Assembly: GCA_016788905.1 (NCBI GenBank)
Contig: JAEURZ010000003.1
Span: forward strand, 39,262-103,261
Length of the DNA stretch: 64,000 nucleotides
From: Elusimicrobiota bacterium
GTDB lineage: Bacteria; Elusimicrobiota; Elusimicrobia; FEN-1173
Reading direction: 5' to 3'
Translations under genes and position numbers: made by a program
Shown here: positions 19,301 to 30,800 of the stretch, piece by piece
Position numbering within the stretch: position 1 is the first letter of the stretch
Layout of the letters: the number at the start of each line of letters is the position of its first letter
Notes under the pieces: model-generated
The model's database searches: none
Told to the model about the DNA's origin: nothing
The model's input: the letters and a program-made list of their open reading frames with translations, nothing else

Positions 19301-21858
19301 TTGCCTGGGGTCGATTCGCAATGATGGCCCGGGTGGAAACGATGCAAGGGGAATCCCCACCGGCGGTGGGGGCCGTGACGCGTTACCTTATTTTGTTTGG
19401 ATTGTTCTTGGTCCCCGGAGGTCTCTTCATTGGGTTGTTCGTTAACTTGGTCGTGGCTCTTTTGCAATGGGACGCGGATGGGCGCGTTCCTTCTACTAAA
19501 ACACCCTGGTCTCCGGAAATCACACGAAAAGGGTATCAGATCCACTTGGTCGACTCGGATCAGTTGGAGGGATCACAGGATAAATGGCTTTCGGTCCGGG
19601 CGGTCATCACGCGAATTGGCCCTGACGGTGAGATCCAGTACCTGTTGGTGAAAAACCCTAGTGATCGATGGGAGTTTCCGGGCGGGGGAGGGGCTGAGGG
19701 GGAGTCTCCCACAGAGGCATTGAAAAGAGAACTGAAAGAAGAATTGGGGGAGCCGTTTGCACAGGATGTGGTCCAATTTCTTACCGAAACAAATGAAAAT
19801 AAAAAAAATAAACCGTTAATTACTCATGATTTAATGAAACCCAATAAAAATAAAGAATATAGATCAGTTTATCTTGAAATTTTCCCCCTAAATAAAAAGA
19901 AACACTCTTCTGTCCATATTAATGATGAGTCTTTGAGTAGTCGTTGGTTGAGTTACGAGAGAATGAAAATTGAACTCCCTTCGTTGACATTGGCGACGCG
20001 GATGTCGTTTCTCCCCGAAGTTTTTTTGCGCGAGTTTGGGATTGAAGGAGTGGTGTCCATGTCGCCTTTATTTGGCGACCCAGGAGCGCTATTGGTTGAA
20101 ACAAAAACAAAGAACTATGTGTTTCGCAAAGCGGGGAAAGATGCGTCAGAAGCCGCTTTTAATTCGGCGGTTCAAGCACATCTTTTTAAGAACGGAATTC
20201 TGGTGAGAGAATTAATTAAACGGCAGGGTTCGGAAGAGAGTGAAGAGAAATTTATTTTAAGGTTAGGAAATGTTCCGTTTGTTTTGGAACGTTACGGGGA
20301 TGAGGGCGAACCCATTAAAAAATCCGACGCTGAGGAAAAACACTATATTGCGTTAGGAGCATTGGCCGCTCAAGTTCAAAAGGCTTTAAAAAGTTTCCCA
20401 AAGAATTTGAGTCCAGATCGAAGACTCCCACGGTTTGAGGAAATGGTGAATCCAACGGTGGTGCTGGGTCTCAGCTTCTGGAATGTGGGTTTTTCGATTA
20501 ACGAGGATGGTTCTGTTTCTGTTTCGCGAATTCGTGTATTCGACCGTCCCCATTGGGGAGATCGGCTTGAAGAAATAGTGAATCTAGCGTTTGAAGTTGA
20601 AGCCCCCGGTTTACTTCAAGAACTTGTTACTGCGTATGCTTATCAAATTAATCCGGAACTGACCGATTCGGAGGTCCGTTCTTTAAATGGACCGAATCAG
20701 AAAGCGAACATGAGAGTAGCGTTTAGTGGGTATATGGCCGCAAAAAGGTTGGCTGATGAAAGGATTAATAACGCAAAAAAAATGTCGCCTTCTTCTCTTT
20801 CTTGGTTTTGGATGAATTTTCCATCCCACGTAAGCATTTTAGATGACCTCCTACGGAAAGCGCCCTGGGAATCGGTGTTTTTGGTTGTGGGAATGGGTGG
20901 CGCTGTCATGGCCAATTTGTTGCTGGGAGCTTCGATTTTTTGGGTTTTGGCGGCGTCCCTATTGGCCGGGGTGTTGGGGTATTCTCATACCTGGGGAACT
21001 TATGGGTTTGTGGATGGAAAAATGAAACGGGTTGTGGGAGCCCTGTCTGGGAACAAAGCCGTTTCCTGGTGGCTCTGGACATCAATCTTTGGGGCTCTCT
21101 TGTTGGGGGTGGGGCCGATGGTTCCGGCCGAAGCGCTTGGGTGGGTTCTGGGTGGCGGTACTTGGGCGGCGGCTTGGGTTGGGGTCGTTGTTCACCGGCG
21201 GGGGAACCGGGAATGGCTGGTGGATCATTTGGACAACGGGAACTTGACCCCGGCTCAGAAAAATATCGCCCGGGATATTTTAAAGAATTTGGAACAGCGA
21301 CCCATCCGGCTCGGGGTGGAGGAGTTTCGGGCCATGGTCATGCAAACGGCGGAAACCTATTCCCGTGGACAGGGAAGTCTTGCCATCGATGTTCATGCCC
21401 CAGCGGCGTCGCTTGGCCAGGGGATAAAGCTGTATTTTGTGGATCCTGTGGCGGTTCGTTCTTCCGAGAATGTGGAAAAATTGACATGGATGATGAAAGC
21501 GGACAAGAATCTTTATGTGGTTGCGGGCAATTCAATCGATGGTTTGCCCAGTGATCGTGTCCTTGTGGTGGAGGGGGCTTTCCAATCGGTGGGGGGGAAA
21601 GACAACCCTCTCTTTGATGTGTCTTTGAAAGAAGTCCGAGTTCCGATCCTTGATCGATTTAAAAATCCGTCGTTCCGAATTCTCCAAACACCGCTGATCC
21701 AGTTGAATGGTGACAACTTGGTACCAGAGGATCCACTCCTTGTTGCGTCTAAGAATGCTCTGATTTTCATCCTGGAATCCATGCGGGCGTTCCCGTCCAC
21801 CGCGTTTCACTGGGGTGATGTATTGCACGTTTATCGGGCTTTGGCGGAATCGGCTTAA
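16390..21858 (+). CDS. giant multi-domain membrane protein 1 (1822 aa): signal peptide, TIKI/TraB-like N-domain, polytopic TM region, Nudix hydrolase box, C-terminal TM + soluble domains
   Basis: Signal-like 'VTVAILSVSLFFSQCLFA'. N-domain motifs 'VVIHIQDVHMN' and 'ARDGAMADNLL...VTGGYHAEGI'. Nudix box 'GGGGAEGESPTEALKRELKEELGE'. Multiple hydrophobic helices. N-terminal 550 aa is paralogous to the downstream giant gene. Confidence 0.75.
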   Translation: MLILPGQFKRVTVAILSVSLFFSQCLFAYQSENGFWEDRRRATQRQSPTQLASRSMGSPSLGGGALAPVPILNSSLSSNVSKSLPKSFLKDHANLLAVLSPAFGNIRKVSLGHPSPFSGPVVIHIQDVHMNQEAQWNIRETVRSLIQSGQVGLVALEGATEELNLQPFVDFPYRRAVKSTADYLLKQNKITGPIHAAFTATGKLPLLRGIDDPAHYQANVQAYKDSAPRLLKMREEVHVLSIQIEAEKGVVFSPTLRAFDQKVRAYRAEKMALGDYVRTLMEVGGDSPVPIALRHFGEALEMERTLNFSQVELERAKVIEGLTQKLDPQETKTMMALSLAYRAGQLNYAEFYTQLRETCRAKGLSLSNYPALDAYVRYVLLAEGIDAEQLLEEISIQEKRAYDRLAATSEEKDLIARSRELWLTEKLLDFSLTPAEWKEYDTTVSRPGRENLLSFESFYREAHARDGAMADNLLNAVGQMPQGKRVSILVTGGYHAEGIAKKLTESGTTVISYVPKIEKIDTTQGSAYLSVFSQEKSPLEKLFSGNKLFLGINPAAGVPSAAVLSSSLAQLEGIASEDLEKISGYVNEFHPGMKLSLKDPHQMPDSGWMAEVHVQVGDEEKSFTLITDHEFRIKSFNLTENEERPPFAWLTEVLIPVHHFLQGHAVNLWLREGKSPESFQSSFLAARETSLSRLVKQTLAARKLLRSQINANGRATGWMGVGISWGIGAGVGFVRKWWGKTEKGETPFSYARHFVSWNRGLNASRSEDGVNALVSVSAGGLAGQTWMGMALDPSFLFVCIWFLLFVASHYEKRTGEGKKSSLEKLTGQAPSFSKAIQLFGFYLLPLSSSVYMGASSVPLGWILLVVFLYFLLIRRVHDQINKENGVHLGAWGTYSNFLFPASAAYWYARWSGKDAQEAHGIGRKWIFLEGVPLIGLILMGGLSSGLGEESVLWFGIDPVLGSLALLGHFGIAWGRFAMMARVETMQGESPPAVGAVTRYLILFGLFLVPGGLFIGLFVNLVVALLQWDADGRVPSTKTPWSPEITRKGYQIHLVDSDQLEGSQDKWLSVRAVITRIGPDGEIQYLLVKNPSDRWEFPGGGGAEGESPTEALKRELKEELGEPFAQDVVQFLTETNENKKNKPLITHDLMKPNKNKEYRSVYLEIFPLNKKKHSSVHINDESLSSRWLSYERMKIELPSLTLATRMSFLPEVFLREFGIEGVVSMSPLFGDPGALLVETKTKNYVFRKAGKDASEAAFNSAVQAHLFKNGILVRELIKRQGSEESEEKFILRLGNVPFVLERYGDEGEPIKKSDAEEKHYIALGALAAQVQKALKSFPKNLSPDRRLPRFEEMVNPTVVLGLSFWNVGFSINEDGSVSVSRIRVFDRPHWGDRLEEIVNLAFEVEAPGLLQELVTAYAYQINPELTDSEVRSLNGPNQKANMRVAFSGYMAAKRLADERINNAKKMSPSSLSWFWMNFPSHVSILDDLLRKAPWESVFLVVGMGGAVMANLLLGASIFWVLAASLLAGVLGYSHTWGTYGFVDGKMKRVVGALSGNKAVSWWLWTSIFGALLLGVGPMVPAEALGWVLGGGTWAAAWVGVVVHRRGNREWLVDHLDNGNLTPAQKNIARDILKNLEQRPIRLGVEEFRAMVMQTAETYSRGQGSLAIDVHAPAASLGQGIKLYFVDPVAVRSSENVEKLTWMMKADKNLYVVAGNSIDGLPSDRVLVVEGAFQSVGGKDNPLFDVSLKEVRVPILDRFKNPSFRILQTPLIQLNGDNLVPEDPLLVASKNALIFILESMRAFPSTAFHWGDVLHVYRALAESA

Positions 21859-21887
21859 TGACAAACGGGGGGCGGTAGATCAAGCCA

Positions 21888-24800
21888 ATGGAAAAAATGA
21901 CTTTTCTGCCAAAATTAAATCCGATATTGCGTCATTTGAGTGTGATCCTTTATGTGTGCACTCAAGTGGTATTTACGCATGCCGCTGAATCCGGATTTTG
22001 GGAGGAACGTCGCAAAAGCCGATCTCTCATTGGCTCAACGTATGCGGCGCTTCCAACGTCCTCCCTCCCTGGGATGGAACGAGTGACTAAAAATCTCGGT
22101 ACGTTGTCGGCCTCTCTCCATTCTTCCATTTCAAACCTCGGTGGCCATGCCCCTTTATCTCACGTCATTCGAGCCATTCCCCACGAATTAGGAAGCATTC
22201 GGAATATTTACCCACCCCAATCTCCCGAAAACCCAATCGTTGTCCTTCTTCAGGACGTCCATTGGAATATCGACGCCCAAAGGAATTTGAGCCGTTTGAT
22301 TCAAGAATTATCTTCTTTCCAATGGAAGGATGGAAAAAGCACAGAAATGGTTCTGGCTCTGGAAGGGGCATTTGGCGCCATCGATATCTCCGCCTTTAGG
22401 AACTACGGTCACCCGACGATTTTGAGGCGAGTCGCTGATCGGTTACTATTGGATCGCCGCATTGCTGGGCCGCTCCATGGACTTCTATCGGGGGAAAAAA
22501 TTCCCGCCCGCATTGTGGGCGTGGATGATCGGCGTCATTACCAGTCCAACGTCATGGCTTACCGCACCGCCATTCCGCATCAAAAAAGCCTCCGCAATCA
22601 ACTTTTCCAAAAACGAAGAGAGTTCGTTAAGCGTCAGAATACCGTTTTCAGCAAAGGCCTCAAATCCTTTGATTATGAGGCACGGTCCTACCACGAGGGG
22701 AAAAAGAGCTTAAGCCATTATTCCCGTATTCTGGCGAGCACGTATTCGGGAAATAAACAAACGTTCGCGCGAGAGAACCCCACCCTGTCCATTTTCCTTC
22801 AAGCGGTGGAGATGGAATCTTCTCTTGATTTCAATCGGGTTGAACGAGAACGCGGGCAATGGCTCAATCAATTGACCCATTTTTTATCAGCGGAAGGAAG
22901 AAATTCCTTAATTGAAGCTGGCATCTCTTATCGATTGGGACAGATTAGTTTGTCGGATTTTTATCAACACCTCATTGCGGTGGGTGGCACGAGGGCCCCT
23001 TTGGCAAATTTCCCAGCGATGGCGGCCTATACCAATTACGTGCTTTTAGGGGAACGGGTGGACCCAGGGAAACTTTTCGAAGAAGTCACCCGGTTGGAAA
23101 CGGCTCTCTATGACCGGTTGGCGGAAAGCCAAGAGGCAAAAGCCTTGGTCAAGGACACTCGAGAGCTTGATCTTTCGCTCCGGTTGGTTGATTTCGCCCT
23201 CACTCCCCCAGAGTGGGAGGCTTATAAGCGTTGGGTGCCTGAAAATTCCAATTTGGAAATTTTTGAGCGGTTTTATAGGGAAGCAGAAGCGCGCGATGGG
23301 ACCATGGCGGGGGCCCTTCAGTCCAGTTTGATTTTGTCTAAAGGGAACAAGGGTCCACTCGGTCCCCGCCCAACGCCTGCGTTGGGGATTTTGGTGGCCG
23401 GGGGCTTTCACGGGGAGGGAATAACGAAACGATTGGTGAACGCAGGGATCGGGGTGATCACGGTGGTCCCCCGAATTAAAACGTTGGATGACAAACCGGG
23501 GCTGGCCTTGTCTGTCTTTACCCAAGATCGGACCCCGCTTGAAAAACTCGTGTCTGGGGAAAAATTGTTCCTTTCAGAACCGGTGTTTGATCCCTCACGC
23601 CAAGCGTTGACCGCACTGGCCTGCGCCGCCACGGGGGCGGCGGATGGTCTCGCCATACCCCCCGGTGAAATCTCCAATCTATTACCTACCCCATTGGCCG
23701 ATCTTCCCACCCAAGTTCAGACACCATCCCCCCATACGGGTGTGGTCTCGATCCAAGCGAGAGGTGGCGAAGTCACCGTTACTTCAACACTTGAAAATCA
23801 AGGAGGACAGATCCTCTCCCTCACTGAATCCCAGGCGGGAAGAGGATTGCCCCAACCCGAACCCCTTCGCGGGTATTCCTGGGAACAATTGGTTGCGGCG
23901 ATGAGGCCCTTTATCGCCAGCGGGGGAAAAGACGAATCCTTTTATCGGGGGGTCGTATGGGATTTGATATTAGACCCTCGCCGGACCAAAAGACTGGGTC
24001 CGTTGCTCTCACGCCAAGCGGTGGACCCGGCACAGGCCATATCGGAATCCATCGACAACGGCCAAGATGGTGTTCTTCGACGGTTTGAACCGGATGTTCG
24101 GCCCGTCGGGCGACGCGGGGTGGGAGGGATTCAGATATTCAATGATCTCAAATCCAGCGCTGATCGCGTTGTCATTACTTCTTCCCGTGACGGGCTCAAT
24201 GGCGTTGAATTTACTTTCTGGAAAGAGGGCGGTGAAATTCGATTTACATATAAAATTCTTTATGTCTCCGAATGGGGAGACGAAAATATTAATGCTCTTT
24301 TGCCAGCCCTGTCAAAAGATATCGCCACGGAATTGGTTTTTCGCCTTCCTCAGGGGACGAAAATCGACGTTCGCTGCGCTCTTTCGGCCGAAGAAACGGG
24401 CCGCCGTCTATCCTTTGTGAGAAAAAAACTGCGCTTGAATACCCGTTCGCCTATCGACGTTAATGGGACGAATGTCGATCAAACAGGCGAATACAAACAC
24501 GGGGGCCTCACGCGTCCGGTATCGGCCACGGAATTGCCTCCCGTTCACGTCACCATCAACCCAAACGGATACTCGGTTACAGATGAGGGCATTGGCATGG
24601 GTTTGAAAGAGATGTTTGAGGACTATCTCTTCCCCTACAAGACAACCAAATCGATGACCACTCCCCATGGAGAAGTTGATTATTATTACAAACCGGGCTC
24701 CGGTCGGGAGACAACGATCGCATCGTTCATCCCATCGAGAGAAATTGAATCTCTCTCGCCCTCTCCGGAAGGGACTCCCCTCAACGTCATTCCGGAACTG

Positions 24801-27800
24801 TGCTTGGTCTTTCCCGATGGTGCCAACCTGACGGAAGATCGAGGGACCATTGACTTAGTGCCATCCGATCAACGCGTCACTTCCGAAATCGCGGGGATGA
24901 AGCGTTTGATTGACCGATGGACGAATCCAAGGCTTTCCATCGAAGAACGGTTTGCCCTACTGAACACTTTGGCCGTATTCTTAAGGGCAAAACAACCTCG
25001 GGCCGAGAAAGGGTTGACGAGGGACAATCTTCAAACCTGCACAGATCTCTTGTGGTATCTAAGCAAGAAAATCCTCCCTTTGTTAAAACAGGACAGGGAA
25101 CAAGGAAAGACGTTCCTTCCCAACACCGAGGAATGGCTTTCTTTTGAGGGGAAAAGCGGCGTCATTCTTTTGGATACAGATATTTTTGAACCGAACGCGG
25201 CGGATTTCATCGCTGCAGGGATGTCCGATGTAACGGAAAACCCACTGTGGGCTCCATTGGATAAGCGGATACGTCATTTTTATCTGGCGGATTTGAGCGC
25301 GGCCCCTGCGGTGATTCTCGTGGGCAGTGGGGAAACAGTTATTGTTGATCGGACTGTCTTTGAGCGAGAAAGTTCTGACCCGGAAATCCTGTTGGAGAGA
25401 ATTCGAAAAAGTATTGATACGGCCTGGGGAAAATCCAGCCAAACGTTAACAAAACAATCCCCTTCCAAAAAGTCTTGGGTTCAGAGGCATTCCCTCCGTA
25501 TCGCCTCCTTTTTTTTGGCCCTGCTGGTCGCCGCTTCGCTCTGGATGACCTGGACTGTTGATGGAAAATTTGAGAATGAACCGGTTGAATTCGTCCCCCA
25601 TCAGATGACTCTAACTCCTGGTGCGATCGGATGGTCAGCCCCCAGTTGGGTCGATTCGGAATGGTGGAGTTCGTTTTTCTCATTAGACAAGGAACTTAAA
25701 CCGCGCAAACCCTATGGACGGATCATCGGTTTAGTGGATTCTCCTTATCTGGTTAAAGGGTTTTACCCGCATCTTACTGGCGACGGTTCATTCAAATCAG
25801 CGGGCGACCTGACCTCCCGGATGGAGGGACCTTCTAAGTCAAAAATAAGCCTTATGGTCGCCGTAACAAAGGAAAGAAACGAATCCATCCCTTTGCTTGT
25901 TCCTTACCACGGACAAGTGGACGCCAAGAGCGTTAGAATCCATATCCCTGGAAGACCTGCGGAGGCCTTACCACTCGCATACGAATCGGGACAACCGGTG
26001 GTTCATCCTCTAACGAGAGGATCTTTTTCCCTCTCATGGGACGTTTGGGTGGCTGAGAAGCAATATTTTAGTTACCGAAACCTACCTCTACCACCCAAAG
26101 AAATCGAGAATTTCCCCTCCGAATGGGCAGCGGTCCTTGATCCTTTGCAATCCGCGCACGACGAAAAAAAACTTTCGGCCATTAAACATCTGATGGGACG
26201 CTATTTCGCCTACGATGCCGGTAAAACCTATGGATTTGATGGCACCAGTTGGGCCAGCACCGCTAAACCCTATTTGGAAAGAGGAGAACGAATTCCAATT
26301 GTCTGCAACACATCAACGTTATATTTTTATCTGATGGCGCGTTATGTGGGCCTTCCCGCCATATATGTCGAATTAGAAAATTCAGGAAGTGAGAATATCC
26401 TATACCGGGATCTGTCCGGCCACGCGCAGGTCGTCGTAAAAGTGGGATACGAATGGGTCGTGCTTGAAACGACCAATGTAATGCCTCTTGTCCAAAGAGC
26501 GTTTCCCTTAAAACCGAGTTCACTATGGGGAGATATTCAATCCCAAACTAAAAATTTAAATTTAATACTAATCGGTTTTTCTGGTTTTTTATTTTTTATG
26601 GCTCTATGGAAGGGGGGACCTCAATCAAAGGAATATTTTTCAAGGAATTATTTTAACCGGTTGAGATATTTTTTAAAAAACAGAGTTCATTTAAAGGGAT
26701 TCGATATACAGGTCTCCCCATGGGGAATGATCAAAAAAACCAGAACCACAAATCCTTTTGGAAATCCTTCGATTGAAACAGAAACTCATCTGGGTGTTCT
26801 TTATCAAACCAAAGGATCAACGTTTACCCCGTTGAAATATGAGCATGGCAAATCCGACTACTTTCTGTCTCTTAAAGGGGAATTCGAAGGCGTCATAATC
26901 AAATTAATATTTCTCTTGGTGTTCAGCGTCATCTTTGGATCAATTGGATGGGATATTTTGTCATCTTCATCGAATCTGACGACCCCGATCCTAATGGGAA
27001 TATCCATATGGATGTTGATCACCTTTTTGGTTTTGCATCGACTTCCTGTGTTAATTCGCCTCAATGAGAATGGATTAAAACTTGTTTCTGTTCCCTATCC
27101 AAAACGATTCGTTCCTGAGGTTTTAGAGGTTAAAGACGGCGCCTATTTGGATTTTGGGGGAGGTGATTTCTATTGGCTGGGACTTGAATCGGGTCACCTT
27201 AAGAAAATTGTTATTCCTGGACTTCGGGAAATTAAACCTGTTTCTAAACCCGGAGGGAAAGCCGCTTTAGTGGCATTGGTTAAAGATCAAAAAAATGGAT
27301 CCAGATTTATTGTATACGAACCCCAGGGGACTCATTTAAGGGAAGTATGGAGTATTCCCTCTCCCCCAAGCCTTGCCCCTCTGTATGATTGGAAATCATT
27401 ATACTTGTTCCCATCGAACCAATACGTCATTGCCTACCAAACCATCAATTCGGATATGACGGAATTCATTACTCTTGGCCAACCCATTCCGCCTATTCCG
27501 TCACAAATTCCGTTGAGGCATCTTTATCCATTTCAGAACAGTTTTATTAGTGAAGTGGGGAAAATCCCGATTTTTCCTGGGGATAGTCATCCGGAAATTA
27601 CACCTCGTCTGGATGGGAGACCGTATTACATCTTTTCAGACGATATTGTTGGGTTCCCAACAGGTGAGCGGGATGACGAGTCCAAATATTTAACTTTGTT
27701 CAATATTTGGTCGGGTGACCGGTTGGGGGAAATACCCATTCAAGGAATGGACAGCATCTATAACCCTATCGTTTTAATTGATAATACTGTTTTCAGATTA

Positions 27801-30800
27801 TCTCGCGCGACTGACGAAAAGGGATCCCCTAAACCCCAACTGCAAATCATCGATTCAACGGGGTATCGGTCCATTGACCTCGCCCCATGGGCAGGGCTTT
27901 CCAAAACTATTTCCGAGGTTTGTGCCAGAGTGACAGGGCATCCTCGAGATCTGTTTATCACCTTCGATGCTAGGCACAGCCAGATCTCCAAATACACGAG
28001 TGGTGAATATATAAATTCCGGCCTTCCCTTCTATTTCGGGTTCGACCGCCAAGACGGACTGACAATATTTGGAACGGAATTAAATCGTGTGTTTACCAAA
28101 TCTCCCTTGAAACCCCCGGAATTGAAAGAATTAAAGAAAAAATTGGATGGACCTGCCTTGGAATCCCTCGAGAACCGAATGTCGTATATGACAGAATGGC
28201 ATCCCCACGAATTGTTCATTCCCTGGGTGGATTCCACCATCCCACCGGATGTTAAAGATCGGTTGGATGGGGTGGCTCGCGAAAATCTAGAACGGCAGGA
28301 TTGGGTGCGGGAGGTTTGCCGCGCCCTATACGTTTTGAATCGAGACCCGGCTGGACAGGCAGGGCCAATTCTCAGACGTTACATGGACTTATTGGAGATG
28401 GATCCCGAATTGGAAGAAACCCTTCGCGAAAAACTCTTTACCCCTCAAACAATGCCTGGGGTTGACTATCCTATGGAGCCCATCGTTTTTTTATGGCGGT
28501 CGCCCAGCGAACAACCCCCTCTCCCTTTAGAGGTGGAATTTTTCCTGTCCCTGTTGTCGAAAGAATTCGAGGATATTTTGAAGTGGGAAACCGAAAGAGC
28601 CCCCACCTTCCCGACCGACATTGTCATAAACCCTTTAAGTGACGACCGTTCTTTGTCCCGGTTTTTGGGGGCCGCCCGAAAGACCTCAACAGAAGAGTTG
28701 GATGGCCCTGATGGGTTCTCAAAACTTAAGGACACCTACGATGAGTTAAGCCCCCAGGACCATGCCGCCCCATCTGAAATCGTGGGGCCAGCCAACAATC
28801 AGGGGCTGGCCGAACCGTTGTGGCTGCGGGAACTGGTACAAAACGCTCGGGATGCGGTAAGAGAAGCCCGCCGAACCGGGGCTTTATTACAAGATCCGGC
28901 CATACGAATGGGAAGTTATTTGAACCGAGAAGGAGAGCGTCCTCGTCTGGTCGTTAGCGTTAAAGACGGGTTAGGAATGTTTTTAAGCCGTTTGGTCAAA
29001 AAGGTGTTGGACCCGGACGAAACGACAAAGACCTTAGCGGACGATCTGCTGGAACAACTGAGAAAGGGAACGGACACCACCACCCGCACGCAAGGGGTTA
29101 TCGACACGCTCGTGCAACCGGAAAAACGTGACGATGCGGCCCTCCGCCAGGCGATCCAGGAGCAGATTGAGGGCAATGAAATTAATGAAGCGTTGGCGCG
29201 GAGAATGGCGGATGCGTTTTCGTTGGACATGACTCCCACCAGCTCGGGGTTTATTGGGATTGGTTTCTTTACAGCTTTTCAGGCCGATGAAGTCATGGTG
29301 CGAACGGGGCGCGGTGGCTCTCTTCATGAAATTAAATTGCGGACCGTGAGGGCGTCTGACGATAGGCGGATTGTGGACATTCAGCTCTTGTGGGCTCGAA
29401 AAATCTCGGATCCCCAGGGAAAGTATCAAGGAACGGATGTTCAATTGGGGTTCGATCTCCCACGAGAGGATGACCCCACCTTTGATCGTGAAGTGATTCG
29501 GGCCCGAATACGCAACGCCCATTTTCATTGGATGGCCATGAATTACCTCAGTGGGGTATCGGATGTGGACATCTATTGGAACGGCGTCAACCTACGGGAG
29601 TCCACCTCCCCAGGAGCGACTGTTGGGGAAATGGCCTCGGTTTTAGGATCCCGTCATCCCGGCCGCCTTTTGGTGGATGAACTCCGCATCCAAGAGCTCC
29701 CGAAAGCTCTCGTGTCCTTGGTCCCGACTTGGGTCCAACGGGTGTTGACCGAGGAAGGTGTTAACATTAAGTACCCCCGCACCCGGTCCTTCGTTCGAAC
29801 ACGACGCGCCATCCAATCCCCGGAAAACGATGCGCGTCCCATGGCCCTCTTGGCCCTGCGCACGGTCTATGTTCATTGGCGCAACGGAGGAGTGGTGGAC
29901 GGGTTGCCGCCTTATGAGGAGTATCGCCTCCAATCACCGTGGAACAGTTATCCGGCGGATGAAAACGTTCGGAGGGATGCGGCGTTCCTCTTGCAGACGA
30001 ACGGGAGCAAGGACGGTCAGGAGGAGTTTTGGGGCCGGTTTGAAAAGGAGTATCTATCGGCTCGGGGACGTTGGGTCCAACTTATGCTGGAAGTGGCTGA
30101 TGATCGAGACGCCTTCTATCGTCAAGCTCTGCCCCACGAGTTTTCAACCGCATTGGATGCCGCCCGGGAAAAGGGTGTATTGCTCGGTCTTTCCCCTGCC
30201 CGGGCGCCTCCCGCTTCCTCCGACGATTTGAGTCGGCGCGTTCTTCGTCCTCACCTGGCACGCTGGGCACGGCTCTTTCTCGAAGGACGGGTGAATATCG
30301 AAGGTCGTTCGGTGAGAGAATGGGCCGGTGTAACACCATCTGGAGAGGACTGGACTCAATCCCTATGGCAAGTTGTTCCCGAAGGGGCCACCCTTCCTCT
30401 TTCTCAGATCGTGGCGACCATGGACCCAACCGCGACCCCTGTTTTGGCTGAGGACACAACACAAATGGAATTATCGATTCGGGCCCTCTCAGAGGCAGGG
30501 AGCGTTTTTGCGGCGCGGTTGCCCCTTCCTCCCACCCACATGATGATCGACGAACGCCTCTTGTGGGCCTTAAAACTTTTTTTACTCAAAAATGAACTGT
30601 CTCCTCTATTGGACGCATTTTTGATGACGCTCGGGCGGCATAAGAATGGGTCAGCCGTCTCCTTTTACGAGCAATGCTTGCGTGAAGGGTTGGATAAAGC
30701 CGACCTGAAACGAAGGTTGGTGTCCCTGGGTAATATTTCCGACATCGACGCGTCCATTGATCACCAGATCCAACTCTTACGCGAAAACCCGACCCATCAG

